From the NCBI GenBank assembly GCA_043811535.1, contig JBDRNC010000012.1, positions 1-64,000 of the forward strand: 64,000 bases of DNA. Reading direction: 5' to 3'. This document shows positions 46,187 through 55,201 of the stretch, in pieces. Each line of letters opens with the position of its first letter. Position 1 is the first letter of the stretch. The notes beneath the pieces are model-generated. The model made no database searches and had not been told where the DNA came from. It was given only the letters and a program-made list of their open reading frames with translations. This stretch comes from Elusimicrobiota bacterium. GTDB lineage: Bacteria; Elusimicrobiota; Endomicrobiia; Endomicrobiales; JBDRNC01. Made by a program: the position numbers and the translations under genes.

Positions 46187-49140
46187 TCTTCCGGGTCATA
46201 TCCATATATATATGTTTCAATAACTACAGGATAATCGCTGCTTAAGCCCCATTTCGCCTTAGCGATTAAATTGAACGTAAGTGACGTTTTTGGATCTATA
46301 ACTGGTATTTCCCATTGAACGCGCTCAGGACATGATTCGATTGTAGGATAAGCAACCCAATCATCCTCACCTATAAAAGTGTGATCGTATTCGCCGTCTG
46401 CAGATACAAAATCCATTTCTGGAGGAAGTTTGATTACAAGAAGGAGATACTCGCCTTTTTTTGATCCTTCATTTCTCACTGTTATTGTATACGGGATTGT
46501 TTGTCCTGGACTGATAGGCCCAGCATCAATGATATCCACTTCAAAGCATTCCTGCACTGGTCTTCCGTAGTCCAAACGGATTATCGAACCGAATAACGAG
46601 GGTGTCTGTTTACTCAATTCTATAACTGCCGAAAAGTATCCATCTAGTGGATTGGATATCATACCTTTCATTGCTATCCTTGAATTTTGTTTTGCGTAGG
46701 TATAAACGTTGCCGTTGCCAAAGCTCGACGTATACGATGCGAGAGCGAAGCCTTGGTTGTTGTAGGGGTTTGATGCATTGTTTATTCTGACGCAGTTGAC
46801 AGTCATAGACATATTCCCGCTAAAATGAGCGAAATATGCGCCTGATAGATTGGCCTGCGTATAGGTTAGTGTTGTATTATCATACGTGTTGGTGTTTTGT
46901 ACGGATATGTTTCCACTCAGCCATATTGTGTCGGTGTTTGCCTGATTTTGCACTTGGGCAATTGTCAATGTGGCCGTATATATGTCATAAGCGCCGCCGC
47001 TTACGGATTGCATGAATATGGCCTTCATAGTGCCTAACAATTGACCATCAATATACCCGTTGATAAATATCGTGCCGGTTGAATTACCCGTACCTAAATA
47101 TGACATCCCTTTGACATGACAGATATGCGTACTGATTCCTATTGCTATTTGCAGGTTGCTCGTGAAAAAGCCCTTATTTGCGAAAGCGCCGGTTATGATA
47201 TCCACTTTCTTGGCGTTAGAGAATGTTGCAACCCCAAAATTGCCGGCTTCGTTCCAGCATTCCGTATTAGTTAGTTGCAGTTCCTGTTCTTGGACTGTTT
47301 CTGAAAGGGATTTATTTGAAGTATTTGTCTGTGAAAGGTTCAGGAAAGTGACCGGTGATATCTCGCTCATTGAACTGATATATATAGTGCCATCTTCGCC
47401 ATTGTTTATTTCTCCAATACCTTCTCCTCCGTATTTTCTTACTGTTCCAGTAAAAGAAGTTGTGTTGCGGTATATGACGATTCTGCCTCCCGAACCAGCG
47501 CCGGATGTGGCATATGGATCTGCATCTCCACCATCCGCGCAAATGATACCGGCACCTAATAATTGATTAGTCACTATAAAAATGCTTCCTCCCGCGCCAC
47601 CGCCACCGCCGTTAGCACCGGAATGACTGCCCTGTTTTCCGCTTGACGTAATCGTTCCCTCATTCGTTAATGTTCCGTCCACCTTAATTCTGATTATTCC
47701 CCCGCCTGCACCGCCAAGCGCAAGACCTGCCCCTACCCCTCCGCCAGAACCAAAATCTAATGGGGCAAACATACTGTCATTTGTTATTCCCTTATTACCA
47801 CTACTGCCAAATCCGCCATCACCGCCATATGCCCCCCCGCCGCCATTCCCTCCTGTATCCTGCCCACCGCCGCCAGGCCCTTCGCCTGCTGAAAAGGTTA
47901 CACCATCTCCGCCGCGATAACCCTTGCCATCAACATTGATGGAAGCTCCGGAATCAATGTCCATGTTGTTGGTAACCATCAAGTTGAAATCCGGATCATT
48001 GACTGAGTGCGTGATTAATCCTCCGGAAGAGACATGAAGATCGGTGAAGGTTATGGCTGAATTGACGTACAATTCGCCAAGAGCGTTAATCTCGCCTGAG
48101 GTAACCGCACATTGCCCGGAATTGCAGTACATCGTGCTATTAGCGGAAAGGTCTAAATTTGTTATATTAACTGTCCCCTCGCATGCATAAATTCCATCAT
48201 TAGAAACGTTCAACTGGTCGGCATTCAGGGTTTCACTGGTTTTTACAACACCCAAGCCCCGCACATTGATGTCATCAAACTGGCCTGAAATATACGTGCT
48301 ATTGCCCAATTGATTATTGTTGCTGAAAAAAAGACTCCCATAACTTTGCGAACCGTTTTTTGTATATATAGTTCCGCATCCGCCTCTATAGGTAGTGTAT
48401 GCACCTATGCCCCCGCCATATGCGGATATGGTTCCGGTAAAATTATTAGCGCCATAATAGATGGCTATCCTTCCGCCACTTCCCCCAGTACCAGGCCCAC
48501 TCTGCACAGGTGAACCTCCGTTGGCCTCGATTATTCCACTCCCCTCAAGTATTCCGGCGTTAATTAAAATGCCGCCGCCTGAACCTGACCCTCCGAAATA
48601 ACCATCATAGCCACCGGATGCTCCGTCTGTTTTTATTTCCCCATCATTTGTAAGAGTGCCTGTAGTGTTTATTACTATTTTTCCACCGCCCGCACCGCCA
48701 CTTCCGCTTTGACCATAATTCCCCGCGCCTCCAGATCCCATATAATCTGGTTGGGTTATACTGCCGTATTGGTTACCTCCCATACTCATCCCGCCGTATG
48801 CACCAGCACCCCCTGGAGCCAATCCACCTCCAGGTCCTTCACCTGATTCGTCTGCTGACGTGCCGCCACTATATCCTTTTCCGGAAACATCTATCTTCCC
48901 GCCGCTGAATATTGTTATTTCAGGAGCAGACAACTCCAATGTCCCGCCCGAAGAACCATTATAGGCAGGCACATTTAATGTTCCGTAGATTTGTATTGAA
49001 TTGAAATAGGATTCCGAACCAGTGGAAAGAGTGTATGTCTCTGTAGAATAAACAATGAGGTTATAATCATCATCCACAACCGCAAAAGATGCGGCTGGGA
49101 TAAGAAACAGAAGTGATAGTAATGTGGTTATTTTCTTCAT
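46183..49140 (-). CDS. Secreted Gly-rich repeat protein with a C-terminal DUF11-like domain
   Basis: Signal peptide; two GKGY..GPGGG..GSGG..GGAGGG..GGSGGRI blocks; ISPGQTIPYTITVRNEG. Confidence 0.8.
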   Translation of the reverse strand: MKKITTLLSLLFLIPAASFAVVDDDYNLIVYSTETYTLSTGSESYFNSIQIYGTLNVPAYNGSSGGTLELSAPEITIFSGGKIDVSGKGYSGGTSADESGEGPGGGLAPGGAGAYGGMSMGGNQYGSITQPDYMGSGGAGNYGQSGSGGAGGGKIVINTTGTLTNDGEIKTDGASGGYDGYFGGSGSGGGILINAGILEGSGIIEANGGSPVQSGPGTGGSGGRIAIYYGANNFTGTISAYGGGIGAYTTYRGGCGTIYTKNGSQSYGSLFFSNNNQLGNSTYISGQFDDINVRGLGVVKTSETLNADQLNVSNDGIYACEGTVNITNLDLSANSTMYCNSGQCAVTSGEINALGELYVNSAITFTDLHVSSGGLITHSVNDPDFNLMVTNNMDIDSGASINVDGKGYRGGDGVTFSAGEGPGGGGQDTGGNGGGGAYGGDGGFGSSGNKGITNDSMFAPLDFGSGGGVGAGLALGGAGGGIIRIKVDGTLTNEGTITSSGKQGSHSGANGGGGGAGGSIFIVTNQLLGAGIICADGGDADPYATSGAGSGGRIVIYRNTTSFTGTVRKYGGEGIGEINNGEDGTIYISSMSEISPVTFLNLSQTNTSNKSLSETVQEQELQLTNTECWNEAGNFGVATFSNAKKVDIITGAFANKGFFTSNLQIAIGISTHICHVKGMSYLGTGNSTGTIFINGYIDGQLLGTMKAIFMQSVSGGAYDIYTATLTIAQVQNQANTDTIWLSGNISVQNTNTYDNTTLTYTQANLSGAYFAHFSGNMSMTVNCVRINNASNPYNNQGFALASYTSSFGNGNVYTYAKQNSRIAMKGMISNPLDGYFSAVIELSKQTPSLFGSIIRLDYGRPVQECFEVDIIDAGPISPGQTIPYTITVRNEGSKKGEYLLLVIKLPPEMDFVSADGEYDHTFIGEDDWVAYPTIESCPERVQWEIPVIDPKTSLTFNLIAKAKWGLSSDYPVVIETYIYGYDPEE

Positions 49141-49164
49141 TGAAGATGTTAAATCATGAATGAT

Positions 49165-50178
49165 TTACAATTTCATTATAAAAGCTAAAGCAAAATATGG
49201 AGGTACGTTACAGTGTGCTTGCCCTCCACCAGCCGAATTGCAACTAACATTGTGTGTATGATTACCAACGCTTGATATTGTTGGAGAATCCGCTGTATGC
49301 CCCTGACCATTGCCGCACAAGGTCACACTGAAACCGTACGCCGAAGTATAAGATTGGGACCCAAATAACGTATGCGAATGCCCCCCGGCCTCATACTGAG
49401 TGATTCCATGTGAATGTGATGGTATTTGCGAAATATCAAGCATAACCGTTGAATAGCCACCAGTCTGATTAGATGTGCCCAGAATATCTGTTTTTGGTGT
49501 TCCACTCGCATTATTTGAACCAATAACAAACCTATTCTCCAAATTAGGTGTTGTTGTAGGAACCCCATTATACGTATGCTCTTCCCCATCGCACAACGCC
49601 CATCCTTCAGGGATGTTGTTTACAGAACCGGACCACATTATTATTGCCCCTTTGGGGACCATATAAAACTCTTGCCCGTTTTTAACACTTTTTGCTTCCC
49701 CATTTATTAAAATATTCCCGCCAACTGTAAAATCTCCCGTTGACAAATCCGCGCTATAGGCATGGAAAGCATAGCCAGTTCCAAGCAGTTTCTGACGCGG
49801 CACCAATACTTCCGTTGAATTATCACTATGCTTAATTGTTGTCTCAAGCCATAAATCACCGTTTGTGTTGATTATTGAGTCCCTTAAAGCTGTCGAGCTA
49901 TTTCCAAGGTTAACCTGAAATACCCCGTTTTTACATGTTACCTGGTTTTCCTCTGACCAAATAAGATTACCTTCAATATTGGCATCGTATATCTTAAATA
50001 TTATATTGTATTGACCATCTGGCTTGTTTACACCCACTCCGTCTGTAAGCCGCCCTTGGATATTTAGGGCATTAGGCATAGCAGCATTAAGTGAGCAGAA
50101 TAACGAACAACTTAGCAGTAAATTCATACTCACAAATAATACGATTTTACGTTTCAAATTGCCAAGAAAATAATTCAT
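49165..50178 (-). CDS. Secreted protein with a phage tail-collar-like C-terminal domain
   Basis: Signal peptide; QGRLTD..WSE..GVFQVNLG; PKGAIIMWSG..IPEGWALCDG..PNL..RF; HSH repeats; PPYFALAFIMKL. Confidence 0.8.
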   Translation of the reverse strand: MNYFLGNLKRKIVLFVSMNLLLSCSLFCSLNAAMPNALNIQGRLTDGVGVNKPDGQYNIIFKIYDANIEGNLIWSEENQVTCKNGVFQVNLGNSSTALRDSIINTNGDLWLETTIKHSDNSTEVLVPRQKLLGTGYAFHAYSADLSTGDFTVGGNILINGEAKSVKNGQEFYMVPKGAIIMWSGSVNNIPEGWALCDGEEHTYNGVPTTTPNLENRFVIGSNNASGTPKTDILGTSNQTGGYSTVMLDISQIPSHSHGITQYEAGGHSHTLFGSQSYTSAYGFSVTLCGNGQGHTADSPTISSVGNHTHNVSCNSAGGGQAHCNVPPYFALAFIMKL

Positions 50179-50193
50179 TTAAAACCTCCTAAA

Positions 50194-50228
50194 TAAAAAA
50201 TACCTGGAAATCTACATTTTCCAGGTAT
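50194..50228 (-). terminator. Terminator-like hairpin in the leader of the secreted-protein operon
   Basis: ATACCTGGAAA...TTTCCAGGTAT followed by a T run, just before the AGGAGG RBS. Confidence 0.55.
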
Positions 50229-50492
50229 ATAAACGTCAAACATACTATCAGCTCGTTGACTTCCCCTTTTTAGCTGCACTCGGTTTTTCCTTCTAAATGA
50301 TATAATGCCAATTATTCATATGCTGTTGTCAGGATTGTAAACAAATATTTTATTATTGTCAAGTCATTTGAAAAAGTATTTTTTCAATAATTTTAATTAA
50401 AGTATTTTATCGTCGACAATTAAAGGGGATATAACTGTTAATTGCTTCTGGAAAGATATAGTTATAACCGGCGCTGACAACTAAACATGTCT

Positions 50493-51779
50493 TTACCAAT
50501 TTGTTGTCACCCCAATTGACGTTATCCAGCCGCTCCAGGTGTGCTCTTCACCATTAGCCTCAAGTTTCCGCCACGGCGGAATGTATTTTAGATCAAACAT
50601 TGCGTGAATTGTATCACTCGAAAAGAAGTTTATACCGGCAACCGGATATATCGTCAAATAACCGATTTCCGCCTCAATTTGTGATCCATAAACCTCCTGA
50701 TATTTGTATTCCGGCGGTTCATTATAAGTTATTCTTTTTATGCTTTTAAAACTTTCCAGTAGATATCCTGCACCCAATCCGATGTACGGTGAAAACCAAT
50801 TAGGATAAAGGAAGTTTTTCTTAACGGCAAAAGGAGAATACAAATGAACTGTGTATTCTGTGCGTGATCCAATATATGAATATCCCTGGAAAACTCCATT
50901 CGAATCAGCGATAGTCCGTTGTTTGTAATGGTACTCACTAGTTATATATGCATAATCTCCCCAAAACCATTGAACACCCCATCCATCTTTAAGTTGCCAT
51001 TCCCATAACAATCCTGCTGGCGCAAACAATGTCGCTGAATTTTCAAAGTTTCCATAGCTCTTTAATGCATCGATATCTTCTGTCTTGCTGAGTACAGTGC
51101 TTTTTTCAAAAAACGATACAGAAGTTTTATCTTTCAACGGAAGAGAAACACCGCAGATAATCCCCAATCCAAAGAATCTACGCTTTCCAACAAGCACGAT
51201 GTTATATCCCGGGTCAATTTTCTTTTTGTCCGAGCCCCATTTATATGCGATTGTTTCATAATCACCTATACCCGCGGCTTCCACGTTTGCGACAAACTTT
51301 CCCGAAGAATCATATACCGCATATATGTCTCTTTCTCCCACTTCATGCAGCGATCCTCTGTCAATGCTGACTTTGGGGCCGTATGAGGCAAGCACCTTGC
51401 CCCGTTTTTTTGGCTCAAACTTTGCGTATCGTTCAATCTTCAAATAGAGGTCTACTCCTTGCTGCTCTTTTTGACCGGGCACATATACCTTTGCGTTTTT
51501 TTCAATTGTGCCTTTGCCTGCGAGTGTGGCTTCATATGTATATTTTCCGTTCACTTCCATATATAGATCAGCTAAAATAGCCTTTATCTCCTTTTCTATG
51601 AATATCTCGGTACCGGTGGGTAGCTTGGTTTCAATCTCTACGGTAAGGATAGTAGAATTCGAGCGTTGGTACACACCGGTTACCTTTCCGATTTCCGCAA
51701 GCTCAACAGCATTCAAAAAAGAAGGGATACTAATAAGTAATATGGAAAGAAGAATAGGAAGTAATTTTGATTTAATCAT
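50493..51779 (-). CDS. Secreted protein with a probable C-terminal outer-membrane beta-barrel
   Basis: Signal peptide; SPYIGLGAGY; amphipathic strands; terminal Trp. Confidence 0.65.
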   Translation of the reverse strand: MIKSKLLPILLSILLISIPSFLNAVELAEIGKVTGVYQRSNSTILTVEIETKLPTGTEIFIEKEIKAILADLYMEVNGKYTYEATLAGKGTIEKNAKVYVPGQKEQQGVDLYLKIERYAKFEPKKRGKVLASYGPKVSIDRGSLHEVGERDIYAVYDSSGKFVANVEAAGIGDYETIAYKWGSDKKKIDPGYNIVLVGKRRFFGLGIICGVSLPLKDKTSVSFFEKSTVLSKTEDIDALKSYGNFENSATLFAPAGLLWEWQLKDGWGVQWFWGDYAYITSEYHYKQRTIADSNGVFQGYSYIGSRTEYTVHLYSPFAVKKNFLYPNWFSPYIGLGAGYLLESFKSIKRITYNEPPEYKYQEVYGSQIEAEIGYLTIYPVAGINFFSSDTIHAMFDLKYIPPWRKLEANGEEHTWSGWITSIGVTTNW

Positions 51780-51903
51780 ATAAAATATTCTGGAACTCTA
51801 ATTACGGTTGTTTTCATGTCACAAATCCGTCACAATCTGAAAATTTGACAAGAAATAGACATGTTTTTCTATAGTTTAAAAGTATTGAATATTCTATTGA
51901 AAA

Positions 51904-51964
51904 GGTGGGATTCGAACTCCCGATACCCCAAAGGAGTATACCGGTTTTCGAGACCGGCGCCTTT
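51904..51964 (-). pseudogene. Degenerate tRNA-Ser(CGA) fragment (anticodon, variable and T arms only)
   Basis: GGCGCCGGT-CTCGAAA-ACCGG, variable hairpin, GTTCGAATCCCACC; no acceptor or D arm; T-stem mismatches. Confidence 0.8.
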
Positions 51965-52110
51965 GAATATTCGTTGTGTTTGATATTTTACTAAACTTTT
52001 TGTCAGTAAACAAGGAATACTTAAGATAGGAATTACATAGGCGATAAGACCATTTGACAGTACTACCCTACCCGCCCCACCCCGGAATTAAATACCTTTT
52101 ATAAACTGCA

Positions 52111-52289
52111 AATAATGGACAACATTGTGGTCTGTCCGTTATTTTGCATAGGTTAAGTCCGTTATTATAAACTACCACTTTTAGGAGTAATTTAAACGAT
52201 CAGGCAGTAATTTTTCGATATTTTCAGATTTTTTTCAGATTTTTTGTCGTCGAGGGGGTCCGTTATTCCGTCGGAGGTTGTCCATTATT
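52111..52289. repeat. Five copies of AATAAYGGAC at the island end (candidate recombinase-binding sites)
   Basis: + strand at 52111; - strand at 52134, 52157, 52258, 52280. Confidence 0.8.
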
Positions 52290-52325
52290 AAGAGTCGCCT
52301 GCTCTACCAATTGAGCTAGCAGTCC
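52287..52325 (-). pseudogene. 5' half of tRNA-Lys(CTT), broken just after the anticodon loop
   Basis: GGACTGC-TA-GCTCAATTGGTAGAGC-A-GGCGA-CTCTTAA-T, then non-tRNA sequence instead of the expected TCGCC. Confidence 0.85.
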
Positions 52326-52535
52326 GATCTAAATTCCCATTATGTAGAAAGAGATTTTATCAAACTAGGGCTGATAAGTCAAGAAAACGACAGTATTGAG
52401 TATGAAGTTATGAGTATGGAGTATGAATAAAAACATTGGTTTTTTAAACAAAATCCTCTTACCCGGAACTGCGAACTCGACACCCAGAACCGTCGTATTT
52501 GACTTTATCACCTCTTTCTCATATAATAAGTGGCG

Positions 52536-53195
52536 ATGAAAACCGCTAACGCGAAACGCATCAAAGCGCTTAAAAACGAGTGGAAACATATTAAACCCGC
52601 CATTGTTTCAAGACTGGCCGACTTCAGGCAACTTTTCGAATCAGCGCGCGAAGACAGGATCTTCAGCGAACTTGCGTTCTGTTTGTTTACGCCTCAGTCA
52701 AAAGCCAGACACTGCTGGCAGGCCGTTCAATCCCTTGAACAGAAAGGATTGCTCCACAAGAACGTTCCCGGGAAGATCGCCGCTGAAATAAATAAGGTCC
52801 GTTTCAGGAACAACAAGGCCCGATATCTTGTAAAAGCGAGGAAACAGTTTCTCCGCGGCAACAAGCTGAACATAAAACCCCTGATAAAAAGTTTTAACAG
52901 CGTCTTTGACGCCAGGGAATGGCTGGCCAGGAACGTGAAAGGACTCGGATACAAGGAAGCCAGCCACTTCCTGAGAAATATCGGGCTTGGACGGGACCTG
53001 GCCATACTTGACCGGCATATACTCAAAAACATGAAACTTCTCGGAGTTATCAGGGAAATCCCTAAGACGCTCACGCGAAACAGATATCTTGAAATCGAAA
53101 GCAAACTTAGAAAGTTCTCCGAAAGGACCGAAATACCCTTGGACCATCTTGACCTGTTATTCTGGCAGAGAGAGACCGGAGAAATATTCAAGTAA
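52536..53195 (+). CDS. ogg: N-glycosylase/DNA lyase (8-oxoguanine glycosylase, Ogg-like)
   Basis: ELAFCLFTPQS, VKGLGYKEASHFLRN, AILDRHI, LDLLFW. Confidence 0.9.
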   Translation: MKTANAKRIKALKNEWKHIKPAIVSRLADFRQLFESAREDRIFSELAFCLFTPQSKARHCWQAVQSLEQKGLLHKNVPGKIAAEINKVRFRNNKARYLVKARKQFLRGNKLNIKPLIKSFNSVFDAREWLARNVKGLGYKEASHFLRNIGLGRDLAILDRHILKNMKLLGVIREIPKTLTRNRYLEIESKLRKFSERTEIPLDHLDLLFWQRETGEIFK

Positions 53196-53285
53196 AATTC
53201 GCTCCTTTGGAATATTTAATATCGAATTTTACGCAGTACTTTGCCGGTTTTTCGGCAAAGTATAAATCACATATAGGAGCTGTTC

Positions 53286-53807
53286 ATGGACCTTAAAACA
53301 CTGCAAAAGCTCAGCTACGGGATGTATATTGTCTCAGCCCATAAGGGCGAAAAGCTTAACGGACAGATAGCCAACACGATGTTCCAGATAACGGCCGACC
53401 CGCCGGCTATAGCCGTCAGCATCAACAAGCAGAACCTGACGCACGAATATATTCTGGCGTCCAATTCATTCGCCGTTTCCATTATTACCACGGAAGCAAC
53501 GATGCCGTTCATAGGCATATTCGGCTTTAAAAGCGGCCGCGACACGGATAAGTTCAAGGACTGCAATTTCAGGACCGGCGTGACAGGCAATCCCATAATC
53601 CATAATTACTGTCTGGGTTTCGTGGAAGCGGAAGTTACCGGCTCGCTTGACTGCGGAACGCACACAGTTTTCCTCGGGAAAATAGCGGATGCCGGGATAT
53701 TTGACGATAAAGAACCCATGACATACGCGTATTACCATCAGGTTAAAGGCGGCAAGACCCAGAAAAACGCCCCTACCTACATCCCCCCTGAACCAAAAAA
53801 AGGATAA
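53286..53807 (+). CDS. Flavin reductase family protein
   Basis: YGMYIVS, NLTHEYI, FGFKSGRDTDKF, GTHTVF, PMTYAYYH. Confidence 0.9.
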   Translation: MDLKTLQKLSYGMYIVSAHKGEKLNGQIANTMFQITADPPAIAVSINKQNLTHEYILASNSFAVSIITTEATMPFIGIFGFKSGRDTDKFKDCNFRTGVTGNPIIHNYCLGFVEAEVTGSLDCGTHTVFLGKIADAGIFDDKEPMTYAYYHQVKGGKTQKNAPTYIPPEPKKG

Positions 53808-53812
53808 TCATT

Positions 53813-54769
53813 ATGAATGAACTCCGGCCAAAAGTATCTATCATAGGCTGCGGAAACGTTGGCATACGCTATGCCTACTCGCTCATGATAAGCGGGCTTG
53901 CCAGAAGCATCGTGCTCATAGACAGGGATAGGAAGCGCGCTGAGGGAGAGGCGATGGATCTTTCACACGGAGCACCGTATTCGGCCCCGGTGGAGATAAC
54001 AGCCGGCGACTACGCCGATACAAAGGATTCCGACCTTGTCGTTATAACAGCCGGAAAGAAACAGCTTCCCGGACAGACCAGGATCGATCTTGTCAAAGAC
54101 AACATAGGCGTGTATAAAACACTTATTCCTGAAATAATAAAGCATGCCCCTTCGGCCATTCTGCTCATTGTGAGCAATCCGGTGGACATTCTTTCCTACG
54201 CCGCTTATAAAATTTCCGGAAAACCTTCGAATGAAGTCATCGGCTCAGGCACGGTGCTTGATTCCGCCCGGCTGAGATTCCTGATAGCGAAACACTGCCG
54301 CATAGACCCTCATAACGTGCACGCCTACGTCCTTGGAGAGCACGGCGACACCGAGTTCCCAGTCTGGAGCAAGGCCATGATAGGCGGGATGATATTGAAA
54401 GAATACTGCCCGTTCTGCGAGTGGAACAAGACCTGCAACCACGAACAGGAGCTCCGGAATATTTTCACCGAGGTCAGGGATTCGGCATACAGGATAATCG
54501 AGCGGAAGGGCGAAACCTCGTACGGCATCGGGCTCGCGCTTACAAGGATAACGCGCGCCGTGCTGCGCGACGAAAACGCCGTTCTGCCTGTCTCATCGCT
54601 TATTGCAGGTTATTACAGGCTCAATGACGTGTATCTCAGCATACCGGCCGTAGTAAACAGGAAAGGCGTCAGGGAACAGCTCAAGGCGGAGTTGAACGAA
54701 GAAGAACAGAAAGCGCTGTTAGCTTCCGCTGATTCGCTGAAAAATGTCATAGCCCAGTGCGGGCTATGA
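53813..54769 (+). CDS. ldh: L-lactate dehydrogenase
   Basis: GCGNVG, Q..GQTR, NPVD, GTVLDSAR, LGEHGD. Confidence 0.92.
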   Translation: MNELRPKVSIIGCGNVGIRYAYSLMISGLARSIVLIDRDRKRAEGEAMDLSHGAPYSAPVEITAGDYADTKDSDLVVITAGKKQLPGQTRIDLVKDNIGVYKTLIPEIIKHAPSAILLIVSNPVDILSYAAYKISGKPSNEVIGSGTVLDSARLRFLIAKHCRIDPHNVHAYVLGEHGDTEFPVWSKAMIGGMILKEYCPFCEWNKTCNHEQELRNIFTEVRDSAYRIIERKGETSYGIGLALTRITRAVLRDENAVLPVSSLIAGYYRLNDVYLSIPAVVNRKGVREQLKAELNEEEQKALLASADSLKNVIAQCGL

Positions 54770-54790
54770 CCAATAATTGGCAATTGGCTA

Positions 54791-55162
54791 TTAGCGATTA
54801 GTTAACTGCTTATCCTTCACACTGTTTATCAACCCCTGGAGCATTCTGCTAATTTCCTGTATTTTTTCATCGATAGCACTATATTCTTTTGGCACGATAT
54901 AACCTAAACTTAATGCTATTTCCATTTGAGCATCCAACTCACTCACTGATCCCCTGGATATTGTGAAAAACCGTATCTTTTCCTGGCTACCGCTTCTAGC
55001 ACATCCTTCTGCTATATTAGAAGCTATTGATACTCCAGCTCTTTTCATCTGCGAAGTCAAACCAAATACTTCCTCTCTGGGGAATTTTGAAACCAAACCA
55101 TAAACGTCTTTGATTAAACCGATCACCTTGCCCCAAATGTGCAGCTTTTTATGTAACTTCAT
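54791..55162 (-). CDS. Four helix bundle protein (23S rRNA IVS / bAvd-like family)
   Basis: FPREEVFGLTSQMKRAGVSIASNIAEG, RGSVSELDAQ. Confidence 0.92.
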   Translation of the reverse strand: MKLHKKLHIWGKVIGLIKDVYGLVSKFPREEVFGLTSQMKRAGVSIASNIAEGCARSGSQEKIRFFTISRGSVSELDAQMEIALSLGYIVPKEYSAIDEKIQEISRMLQGLINSVKDKQLTNR

Positions 55163-55201
55163 ACGCCCCCCTCTTCTTCACTAATTGCCAATTGCTAATG
55201 G

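Larger units (their letters stand above)
1..52288. mobile_element. Composite genomic island; right end at broken tRNA-Lys, left end outside the window
   Basis: Four tyrosine-recombinase-like genes, an excisionase, R-M/defence genes, tRNA fragments and AT-rich stretches. Housekeeping genes begin right after 52,330. Confidence 0.6.

Noticed and set aside
50230..50310. Riboswitch ahead of the leader terminator of the secreted-protein operon
   Set aside because: No aptamer consensus I can recognise; an Rfam scan is needed
51904..52325. Single intron-containing tRNA made from the Lys 5' half and the Ser 3' part
   Set aside because: Each fragment has its own anticodon, the acceptor strands do not pair, and no group I core is seen between them
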